58,231 nucleotides of DNA from Zoogloeaceae bacterium (GTDB taxonomy: Bacteria; Pseudomonadota; Gammaproteobacteria; Burkholderiales; Rhodocyclaceae). Of the stretch, positions 17,571-25,278 are shown piece by piece (positions within the stretch are counted from its first letter, which is position 1; each line of letters begins with the position of its first letter). The notes below the pieces were generated by a model that was not told where the DNA came from, searched no databases, and was given only the letters and a program-made list of their open reading frames with translations. A program made the position numbers and the translations under genes. The stretch is from NCBI GenBank assembly GCA_015657735.1, contig SSSX01000392.1, positions 1 to 58,231 on the forward strand, read 5' to 3'.

Positions 17571-18563
17571 ATGATTCCACCCCGCATGCTCCGCGCCGGC
17601 CTGCTGCTCGCCGGCCTGTTCACCGCCTCGGCTGCCTCGGCCGGCTATTCCGGCCTGTACGTGTTCGGTGACAGCGACTCCGACGCCGGCAATCTGGCGG
17701 CCATGGGGGTGCCGCTGCAGACCGGCGCCGACATCGTCTCGCCGGTGTCCGTCGCGGGGGCCTACAGCCCGTCGCTGACGGCGTCCAACGGCGCGGTGTG
17801 GTCCCAGCAACTGAGCGCCCGGCTCGGCCTCGGCCCGCTCACGGCGTCGCTGGCCGGCGGCACCGACTACGCGACCAGCGGCGCCTTCCTGAGCACTACC
17901 GCGCTCAGCCCGCTGCCCAGCGTCAGCCAGCAGGTGGACAGCTTCGTCGCCCAGCCGGGCGCGGCATCCGGTTCGGCGCTGTATGTGATCGAAGGCGGCA
18001 CCAACGATTTCCGCATGGCGGCCAAGGATGCGCTGCAGGTGATCATGGGTGGCGGCGACCCGACCGGCGTGATCACCGCCTTCATCGCCCAGTACGTCAG
18101 CGAGACGGCCAGCATGATCGGCAAGCTGAAGGCCGACGGCGCCCAGCACATCCTCGTCTGGAACCTGCCCGACGTGACGCGTTCGCCGGTCTATATCGCG
18201 ACGACCCCGTCGGCCTCGCTGCTGAGTGCCATGCAGGCGGCGCTGATGGCGGCCAACGCCACGCTGCAGGCGCAGCTCGGCGGCATCCCGGGCGTGACCA
18301 TCCTCGACGCCTTCGGCATCCTCACCGATCTGGTCGACAACCCCGGCCAGCACGGTCTGGCCAACGTCAGCGACCCCTGCTACGACGGCACCTGCGACAC
18401 CTCGACCAACCTGTTCTGGGATGGCATGCACCTCACCAGCGCCGGCTACCAGGCCTTTGCCGACGCCGCCTACGACGCCGTCGCGATCCCCGAACCGGGG
18501 ACCCTGGCGCTGAGCCTCGCCGGCCTGGCACTCACCGGACGGCGCCTGCGCCGCCGCGGCTGA
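17571..18563 (+). CDS. Secreted SGNH/GDSL hydrolase with C-terminal PEP-CTERM sorting signal
   Basis: Signal peptide; block I FGDSDSDAG, block III GGTND, block V FWDGMHLT; ends IPEPGTLALSLAGLALTGRRLRRRG. Confidence 0.88.
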   Translation: MIPPRMLRAGLLLAGLFTASAASAGYSGLYVFGDSDSDAGNLAAMGVPLQTGADIVSPVSVAGAYSPSLTASNGAVWSQQLSARLGLGPLTASLAGGTDYATSGAFLSTTALSPLPSVSQQVDSFVAQPGAASGSALYVIEGGTNDFRMAAKDALQVIMGGGDPTGVITAFIAQYVSETASMIGKLKADGAQHILVWNLPDVTRSPVYIATTPSASLLSAMQAALMAANATLQAQLGGIPGVTILDAFGILTDLVDNPGQHGLANVSDPCYDGTCDTSTNLFWDGMHLTSAGYQAFADAAYDAVAIPEPGTLALSLAGLALTGRRLRRRG

Positions 18564-18618
18564 CTCGCCTCACTCCACCCGGCCCGGCCGCCGGCGCGGG
18601 GTGGTGGCGGCCTGCAGG

Positions 18619-19410
18619 TCAGGCCGCCCTTTTCATCTGCTTCTGGTACAGGAACTCGAGGATCGCCGCGCGGTAGCCGGCGAACTCCGGGTTGTGGGCC
18701 AGCTGCAGGCGGTCGCGGGGCTTGGCGAGCTCGACCTCGAGAATCTCGCCGATGGTCGCCGCCGGGCCGTTGGTCATCATCACCACGCGGTCCGACAGCA
18801 GCACCGCCTCGTCCACGTCGTGGGTCACCATCACCACGGTGGCGCCGGTCTTCTCCATCACGCCGATCAGTTCGTCCTGCAGCGCCGCGCGGGTCAGCGC
18901 GTCGAGGGCGCCGAAGGGCTCGTCCATCAGCAGGATTTGCGGCTCCATCGCAAAGGCGCGGGCGATGCCGATGCGCTGCTTCATGCCGCCGGAGATTTCG
19001 TGGGGCAGCTTCTGGGCAGCGTGGGCCATGTGCACCATCTCGAGGGCGGCAAGGGTGCGCGCCTTCAGCTGCTCCTTGCCCTCCTTCGCGCCGAACACCC
19101 GTTCGACCGCCAGATGCACGTTCTCGAAGCAGTTGAGCCACGGCAGCAGCGAGTGGTTCTGGAAGACCACCGCGCGCTCCGGGCCGGGTCCGCCGATCTC
19201 GCGGCCGTTGCACAGCATGACGCCCGAAGTGGGCAGCGTAAGCCCGGCGATCAGGTTGAGCAGCGTCGATTTGCCGCAGCCCGAGTGTCCGATCAGCGCC
19301 ACCACCTCGCCGCGGCGGACTTGCAGATTGACGTCGCGCAGGGCGACGAAGCGACCCTTGCGGGTCTCGAAGGCCATGCCGACGTTTTCGACCTTGACGA
19401 TTGCGTTCAT
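18619..19410 (-). CDS. Nitrate/nitrite/cyanate ABC transporter ATP-binding protein (NrtD/NasD-like)
   Basis: GHSGCGKST, VFQNHSLLPW, ISGGMKQR, MMTNGPAATIGEIL. Confidence 0.9.
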   Translation of the reverse strand: MNAIVKVENVGMAFETRKGRFVALRDVNLQVRRGEVVALIGHSGCGKSTLLNLIAGLTLPTSGVMLCNGREIGGPGPERAVVFQNHSLLPWLNCFENVHLAVERVFGAKEGKEQLKARTLAALEMVHMAHAAQKLPHEISGGMKQRIGIARAFAMEPQILLMDEPFGALDALTRAALQDELIGVMEKTGATVVMVTHDVDEAVLLSDRVVMMTNGPAATIGEILEVELAKPRDRLQLAHNPEFAGYRAAILEFLYQKQMKRAA

Positions 19411-19432
19411 TCGATTTCTCCTCGACGCGGAA

Positions 19433-20350
19433 TCAGTTGGAGCCGTAGCTGAAGCGGCGGGCCACCAGCAGCAGGAGCTGTTCGAGCAGCAGGCCGACGA
19501 TGCCGATCACGAAGATGGCGATGATGATGTGCTCGACCTTGAGGTTGTTCCACTCGTCCCACACCCAGAAGCCGATGCCGACGCCGCCGGTGAGCATCTC
19601 GGCCGCCACGATGACCAGCCAGGCGGTGCCGATCGACAGGCGGATGCCGGTCAGCATGTAAGGCAGCACGGCCGGAAAGAGGATCTTGGTGATGATCCGG
19701 AACTCCGACAGGTTGAGCACCCGCGCCACATTGAGGTAATCCTGCGGCACGCGCTGCACGCCCTGGGCGGTGTTGAGGATCATCGGCCAGATCGAGCAGA
19801 TGAAGATCGTCCAGGTCGACGCCGGGTCGGCCGCCTTGAACACCATCAGGCCGATCGGCAGCCAGGCCAGCGGCGACACCGGGCGCAGGATGCTGATGAT
19901 CGGTTCGAGCATGCTGTTCATGAACGCGAAGCGGCCGATGATGAAGCCCAGCGGAATGCCGACCAGCGCGGCGACGCCGAAGCCGATCGCGACCCGCTTG
20001 AGGGACGACAGGATGTTCCAGCCGATGCCCTGGTCGTTCGGGCCGTTCTGGTAGAACGGATCGGCGAACAGCGCCAGCGCCGCCTCGAAGGTCTTGACCG
20101 GGCCGGGGAAGTCGGCCGACTTCATCGCCACCAGCGCCCACACGCCGACCACGAAGGCGAAGCCGAGCAGCGGCGGGATCACACGGCGCATCAACGCGCC
20201 GAGGCGCTCGCCGAAGCCAGGGCCGCGCTCGGCCGGGGCGGACACGGCATCGGCAACGGGAGCGGTCGCGGCCGGCTCCTTCGGCGTGCCGGCCGACGCT
20301 GCGGCGGGCACCGGCCGTTCAAACTCTGCGGGGAATGTCGCGGTAGTCAT
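19433..20350 (-). CDS. Nitrate/nitrite/cyanate ABC transporter permease (NrtB/NasE-like)
   Basis: PFYQNGPNDQGIGW, LRPVSPLAWLPIG, WLVIVAAEMLTGGVGIGFWVWDEWNNL; GGAG supports ATG 20350. Confidence 0.9.
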   Translation of the reverse strand: MTTATFPAEFERPVPAAASAGTPKEPAATAPVADAVSAPAERGPGFGERLGALMRRVIPPLLGFAFVVGVWALVAMKSADFPGPVKTFEAALALFADPFYQNGPNDQGIGWNILSSLKRVAIGFGVAALVGIPLGFIIGRFAFMNSMLEPIISILRPVSPLAWLPIGLMVFKAADPASTWTIFICSIWPMILNTAQGVQRVPQDYLNVARVLNLSEFRIITKILFPAVLPYMLTGIRLSIGTAWLVIVAAEMLTGGVGIGFWVWDEWNNLKVEHIIIAIFVIGIVGLLLEQLLLLVARRFSYGSN

Positions 20351-20367
20351 GTTGATCTCCATTCATG

Positions 20368-21624
20368 TCAGGCATGGATCTTGAAACCTGCGGCGTACTT
20401 CTTCGGGTCCTTGCCGTCCCACACCACGCCGTCGATCAGCTTGGCGCTGCGGAAGTCGGACTTCGGCACCGCCACCCCGACCAGGCTGGCGGCCTGCTTG
20501 TACAGCTCGGTCTGGTTGATCGCCTTGGCCACCGCGAGGTAATCGACGTCCTGCTTGAGCAGGCCCCAGCGGCGATGCTGGGTGAGGAACCACATGCCGT
20601 CCGACAAGTAGGGGAAATTCACCGCGCCGTCGTTGAAGAACTTCATCGAGTTCTTGTCCGACCAGCTCTTGCCGAGGCCGTTTTCGTACTGGCCGATCAT
20701 GCGGCTGCGGATCACATCGACGTCGGTATTCACATAGCTCTTGGCGGCCACCGTTTCGGCGGTCTTGCTGCGGTTGGCGGCGCTGGCGTCGATCCAGCGC
20801 GAGGCCTCGAGGATCGCGCAGATCATCGCGCGGGCGGTGTTGGGGTACTTGGCGGCAAATTCGGCGGTGGCGCCGAGCACCTTCTCGGGGTGGTCGGTCC
20901 AGATGTCCTGGGTGGTCACCGCGGTGAAGCCGATCTTGTCGACGATCGCCCGCTGGTTCCACGGTTCGCCGACGCAGTAGCCGTCCATATTGCCGACGCG
21001 CATGTTGGCCACCATCTGCGGGGGCGGCACGACGATGTTCTTGACGTCCTTGAACGGGTCGATGCCGTGCGCCGCCAGCCAGTAGTAGAGCCACATGGCG
21101 TGGGTGCCGGTGGGGAAGGTCTGGGCGAAGATGTATTCCTTCTCCTTCTTCGCGACGACCTTGGCCAGCGAGGCGCCATCGACGGCGCCCTTCTCCTTGA
21201 GGCCGTTCGACAGCGTGATCGCCTGGCCGTTGTTGTTCAGTGTCATCAGCACGGCCATATCCTTCTTCGGCCCGCCGATGCCCAGGTGCAGGCCATACAC
21301 CAGGCCGTACAGCACGTGCGCCGCATGCAGCTCGCCATTGGCCAGCTTGTCGCGCACGCCGGCCCACGACGCTTCCTTGCTCGGCGTGATCTTGATCCCG
21401 TATTTCTTGTCGAAGCCCATCACCGACGCCATCACCACCGACGAACAGTCGGTCAGCGGGATGAAGCCGATCTTCACTTCTTCCAGTTCGGGCTTGTCCG
21501 AACCGGCAGCCCAGACGCCGCCTGCGGGAAGCATGGTGCCCATTGCCGCCAATCCTCCGAGGGTTGCCCCAGCCTTGAGAAAGCCGCGGCGGGAAAGAAA
21601 CGTGTCGTCGTATCGCTTGCTCAT
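20368..21624 (-). CDS. CmpA/NrtA-family ABC substrate-binding protein with Tat signal
   Basis: SRRGFLK twin-arginine motif; GFIPLTDC, FPTGTHAMW, PPPQMVANMR, GEPWN, DHPEKV. Confidence 0.9.
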   Translation of the reverse strand: MSKRYDDTFLSRRGFLKAGATLGGLAAMGTMLPAGGVWAAGSDKPELEEVKIGFIPLTDCSSVVMASVMGFDKKYGIKITPSKEASWAGVRDKLANGELHAAHVLYGLVYGLHLGIGGPKKDMAVLMTLNNNGQAITLSNGLKEKGAVDGASLAKVVAKKEKEYIFAQTFPTGTHAMWLYYWLAAHGIDPFKDVKNIVVPPPQMVANMRVGNMDGYCVGEPWNQRAIVDKIGFTAVTTQDIWTDHPEKVLGATAEFAAKYPNTARAMICAILEASRWIDASAANRSKTAETVAAKSYVNTDVDVIRSRMIGQYENGLGKSWSDKNSMKFFNDGAVNFPYLSDGMWFLTQHRRWGLLKQDVDYLAVAKAINQTELYKQAASLVGVAVPKSDFRSAKLIDGVVWDGKDPKKYAAGFKIHA

Positions 21625-21654
21625 AGCTCGCCCCTGATCCCGAAATCCGTAGTC

Positions 21655-21709
21655 AAAAAAAGAGGGCGCCACATCACCCCGCGATAGCCCTGCGAGGGAT
21701 GGACGCCCT
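21655..21709 (-). terminator. Leader (attenuator) terminator overlapping ANTAR hairpin 2
   Basis: Minus strand AGGGCGTCCA...TGGCGCCCTC followed by seven T, ending 30 nt upstream of the nrtA-like ATG. Confidence 0.8.
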
Positions 21710-21753
21710 TGTCCAAGTGAGATCGCCTGATCGAGCCGGCCCGCCGTTGGACC
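21700..21753 (-). promoter_or_regulatory. ANTAR dual-hairpin antitermination motif
   Basis: Minus strand hairpin 1 GGTCC-AACGGC-GGGCC (21738-21753) and hairpin 2 TGGAC-AAGGGC-GTCCA (21700-21715). Both hexaloops have A1 and G4. An ANTAR protein gene is adjacent. Confidence 0.85.
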
Positions 21754-21769
21754 GACTCAAGCGATCTAT

Positions 21770-21785
21770 AGCGAGGAGCGTGCCA
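21770..21785 (-). promoter_or_regulatory. Sigma-54 (-24/-12) promoter of the nrt operon
   Basis: Minus strand TGGCAC-GCTCC-TCGCT (GG-N10-GC). Confidence 0.8.
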
Positions 21786-21792
21786 GGAGAAC

Positions 21793-21805
21793 CAAGAGAT
21801 TGATT
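21793..21805 (-). promoter_or_regulatory. IHF binding site
   Basis: Minus strand AATCAATCTCTTG matches WATCAANNNNTTR exactly and lies between the promoter and the enhancer. Confidence 0.65.
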
Positions 21806-21872
21806 TGAATCACGAAAATCAAAACCGGGGAATTCCTACCTCCTTGTGGGTAGATTTGAATACCCCTTCCGG

Positions 21873-21920
21873 CGCACTGTTGCAGTGCAGCACGCCTGCC
21901 TCCTGCACCATCACGGCCCA
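21873..21920. promoter_or_regulatory. Tandem NtrC-like enhancer sites
   Basis: CGCACTGTTGCAGTGCA (21873-21889) and TGCACCATCACGGCCCA (21904-21920), 31 bp apart, compared with consensus TGCACCA-N3-TGGTGCA. Confidence 0.65.
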
Positions 21921-22022
21921 TCGGCGATCGTCGGGCCGCAACGGAATCGGGGCGGCAGCGCCAGCGCGCCCCGCCCCGATCCACCGCCCGCCGACGCCGC
22001 CAAGCGTCGCCTGCCGGTCAGC

Positions 22023-22598
22023 TCACAGCAACAGATTGGCCATGTCGATCACGTCCTGGGCCACGTCGGCCAGTTTGCGTCCGCGCTCCATCGCCAGTTT
22101 GCGCAGCGCGTGGTAGGCGGCGTCCTCGTCGAGGCCGCGGGCTTTCATCAGCAGGCCCTTGGCCTTATCCACGGTGATCCGCTCGGTGAGCCGGCGGGTC
22201 GCGTCGTCCCGTTCGGCACGCAGGTGCTGGAAGGCCTCGAACTGGGCGAGCGCCACCTCGAACAGCGCATCGAGGCGCTCCGGCGACACCGAATCGACCA
22301 CGTAGGACGACACCCCGGCCTTCACGGCGCGGCGGATCTGCTGCGAATCGGCATCCTGCGAGAACAGCAACACCGGCCGCGGGCAATCGCGGTTCATGAT
22401 CGCCAGATGTTCCAGCGTGTCGCGGCTCGGCGAATCGGCCTGGATGAAGATCACGTCGGGCTTCGTCGCCAGCACCTGCCCGGACAGTTCGAGGGCGCTC
22501 GACAACACCGCCGCGACCTGATGACCGGCGAGGGCGAGGGCTGCACAGACATCGGCAGCGCGCTCGCGGGAAGAATCGACTACCAGCACTCGGAGCAT
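22023..22598 (-). CDS. nasT: ANTAR-domain antiterminator with pseudo-receiver domain (NasT-like)
   Basis: Receiver-like N-terminus with DSPSRDTLE and AVKAGVSSYVVD; ANTAR C-terminus VDKAKGLLMKARGLDEDAAYHALRKLAM. Confidence 0.85.
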   Translation of the reverse strand: MLRVLVVDSSRERAADVCAALALAGHQVAAVLSSALELSGQVLATKPDVIFIQADSPSRDTLEHLAIMNRDCPRPVLLFSQDADSQQIRRAVKAGVSSYVVDSVSPERLDALFEVALAQFEAFQHLRAERDDATRRLTERITVDKAKGLLMKARGLDEDAAYHALRKLAMERGRKLADVAQDVIDMANLLL

Positions 22599-22681
22599 GG
22601 ACAACACACGCGAAACTGAAACAGCCTAAACCCAAGCAAGAAACGATCCCGCCTCACCAAGCGCCCTCCCCGTCCGGTCGA

Positions 22682-24241
22682 CTACGCCGTGCTGGTCGCG
22701 GTTCCGTTCTGGCAGTCGAGGATCAGCACCGACACGTCGTCGCCGGCCGGCTGGCGGCCCAGATGGGCGGTCAGCGCCTGACGCAGGCCGGCCACCCGGG
22801 AAGCTTTCGGGGTGCGCTGCAGGGCCTGTTCCAGCCCACGCGTGCCGAACGCTTCGCCGGCCGCGCTCTCGGCCTCGGTCAGACCGTCCGAGCACAGCAC
22901 GATCTGGCACGGCTCGCTCCAGTTGAATTCCTCGTGTTCGATGCCGGCCTCGGCCGACGGCAGGATGCCGAGCGGCAGCTGTTTCGAGACGAAACGCTGG
23001 AGCACCGTCCCGTCGTCGCCGACGCGCAGCACGTCGGGCACCCCGCCGACCCAGATTTGGCCGGCCCGCCTGGCCGCCTCGAGCCGCACCAGCGATGCGG
23101 CGACGAAACGCCCGCGCGGCAGCAGCCCGCACAGCAGACCGTTGAGCTCGGTGACGAGGGCCGACAGCGGCTGGTTGCCGGCGGCGCCGCGGTAGAACGC
23201 GCCGAGGGCCGGTAGCACGCTGACCGCCGCCGCCAGGCCGTGGCCGGTGGCGTCGGCGAGCATCGCGTACAGCGCGCCCTGCGGCGAGCGGGCCACCGCC
23301 ACCACGTCGCCGGAGAAGTTGCGCGCCGGCATCACCGCGTACTGCACCGCGCCGTCGCGCAGCCAGTCGCTGCGCACCTGGCGCTCCATGATCGCCATCG
23401 CCAGCTCCTGCTCGCGCTCGGATTCGTCGTGGTACTGCTGCAGGCGCGCCGCGTCCTCGGCGAGCTGGTGCTGGATGCGGCGCATCTCGGAGACGTCGCG
23501 CACGACGCCGATGAACATCCGCCGGTTGGGCAGGGTGATGTCCGACACACCCAGTTCCAGCGGAAACTGGCTGCCATCCTTGCGCACCCCGGTCAGCTCG
23601 CGGATCTGGCCGATCGTCCGTTTGACGCCGGTTTCCCGGTAGCGCTGGAGATAACCGTCGTGCGCCTCCCGGTCGGGCGAGGGCATCAGCATGCGCAGAT
23701 TCTGGCCGACCATCTCGTTGGCGGTATAGCCGAAGATCTGGGTCGCCGAGCGGTTCACCGACAGGATCGTGCCCTGCTCGTCGGCCGACACGAGGCCGTC
23801 GATGACCCCGTTGGCCACCGCCCGCACCTGCTCCAGCGCCCCCGACAGGCGGCGCTGCATGTCGAGCAGGCGGCGCAGGGCCTTGAAGCGGGCGGCGAAG
23901 ACCGGGAAGGACAGGGGTTTGGTCAGATAGTCGTCGGCGCCGATGTCCAGCCCATGCACGACATCGCCCTCGCCCGACAGCGCCGACAGGATGATGATCG
24001 GCACCCACTGGTCGTCCGCCATCGCGCGGATCTGCTTGATCGCCTCGAAGCCATCCATGCGCGGCATCATCAGGTCCATCAGGACCACATCGGGGGCTTC
24101 CTGCCGGAACAGCTGCACCGCCTCGACGCCGTCGGTGGCGTAGATCGGTGTGCAGTTCAGGTGGGCGAGGAAGGCCCCCACGATGGTTCGGTTGGATGCG
24201 ATGTCGTCGGCGACCAGCACCCGCAACTGTTTTTCAGCCAT
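22682..24241 (-). CDS. Response regulator with REC-PAS-PP2C (SpoIIE/RsbU-type phosphatase) domains
   Basis: VLVADD...MDLMMP...KP; PAS segment NRSATQIFGY...RKDGSQFP; PP2C motifs SGD, LADATGHG, SDGLTEA, DDVSVL. Confidence 0.88.
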   Translation of the reverse strand: MAEKQLRVLVADDIASNRTIVGAFLAHLNCTPIYATDGVEAVQLFRQEAPDVVLMDLMMPRMDGFEAIKQIRAMADDQWVPIIILSALSGEGDVVHGLDIGADDYLTKPLSFPVFAARFKALRRLLDMQRRLSGALEQVRAVANGVIDGLVSADEQGTILSVNRSATQIFGYTANEMVGQNLRMLMPSPDREAHDGYLQRYRETGVKRTIGQIRELTGVRKDGSQFPLELGVSDITLPNRRMFIGVVRDVSEMRRIQHQLAEDAARLQQYHDESEREQELAMAIMERQVRSDWLRDGAVQYAVMPARNFSGDVVAVARSPQGALYAMLADATGHGLAAAVSVLPALGAFYRGAAGNQPLSALVTELNGLLCGLLPRGRFVAASLVRLEAARRAGQIWVGGVPDVLRVGDDGTVLQRFVSKQLPLGILPSAEAGIEHEEFNWSEPCQIVLCSDGLTEAESAAGEAFGTRGLEQALQRTPKASRVAGLRQALTAHLGRQPAGDDVSVLILDCQNGTATSTA

Positions 24242-24345
24242 CTACCAGTCTCTACGCTTGGCCGACGCCGGCCTGTGCCGACGTCCGCGGAGTCGATCGG
24301 TGGCAGGCCAGGCGGCCCGCCGGGTATTCCGGTGCGCCCGCACTA

Positions 24346-25278
24346 TCAGGGCGCTTCATCTCCGGTGGCGAGCAAAGCGCTCGCCGGCCCCCGCGGCACG
24401 GTCACGATGACCAGATTGCCGGGCGGAATGTAGGTCAGACTCGCAAAGGACAGCTGGCGCGACAGGGCGATGCCGCGGCCATTGGGCGCGAAGGCCCGTT
24501 CCGGATCGAAATCGAGAAAGCGCCGCCAGTCGAAACCCGGCCCGTCGTCACGGATCTCGAACAGCCAGCGTTCAGGCTGGCGACACACCCGCAGGCTGAC
24601 GCGCTTGTCGCGGTTCTCGGGCAGCATCAGGCGGCGTTCGATCTCGCTCTCCCAGCAGTCGGCCTCGCGCAGCCGGCTTTTCTCGGCGAAGTCGATGCCC
24701 AGGTTGCCATGCTCGACGCCATTCACCAGCAGCTCCGACAGCCCCATCGCCAGCGTTTCCGGCTGCGGGCCGAGCAGCGCGACGAAGGACGCCAGCTTGT
24801 GGGCCTCGTCGAGGGTCCGGATCACGAACGTCCCCTCGCCGATGCAGGCCAGCGCCTGCGCATGGTCGCTCAGGTTGGCATTCAACTCGCGCCGCGTGCG
24901 CATGTCGTCGAGCGCCGAGCGGATGATGGTCTGCAGCGCCTCGCCCTCGAAGGGCTTGGTGAGGTAGTAGAAGGCCCCCGCCGCCAGCCCCTCGCGCACC
25001 TGCTCGGGCGAGGTGGCGGCGGTCTGCATGATGACCGGGATCGCCCGCAGGCGCTCGTCGGCCTTCATCTTGCGCAGCACCATGATGCCATCCATGCCCG
25101 GCATCATCCGGTCGAGCAGCACCAGGTCGAAATTGGAATCGGGATGGATCAACGCCTCCCACGCCTCTTCGCCGGACTCGACCATCACCAGCTCGAAATC
25201 CATTTCGTCGAGGTACTCGGCGACGATGTCCAGATTGAAGGGTTCGTCGTCGACGACCAGTATCTTTGCCATGCTCAT
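24346..25278 (-). CDS. Response regulator with RsbW-like (HATPase) Ser-kinase/anti-sigma output domain
   Basis: ILVVDDE...LLDRMMP...TKPF; LSELLVNGVEHGNLG, DDGPGFD, NGRGIAL. Confidence 0.85.
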   Translation of the reverse strand: MSMAKILVVDDEPFNLDIVAEYLDEMDFELVMVESGEEAWEALIHPDSNFDLVLLDRMMPGMDGIMVLRKMKADERLRAIPVIMQTAATSPEQVREGLAAGAFYYLTKPFEGEALQTIIRSALDDMRTRRELNANLSDHAQALACIGEGTFVIRTLDEAHKLASFVALLGPQPETLAMGLSELLVNGVEHGNLGIDFAEKSRLREADCWESEIERRLMLPENRDKRVSLRVCRQPERWLFEIRDDGPGFDWRRFLDFDPERAFAPNGRGIALSRQLSFASLTYIPPGNLVIVTVPRGPASALLATGDEAP

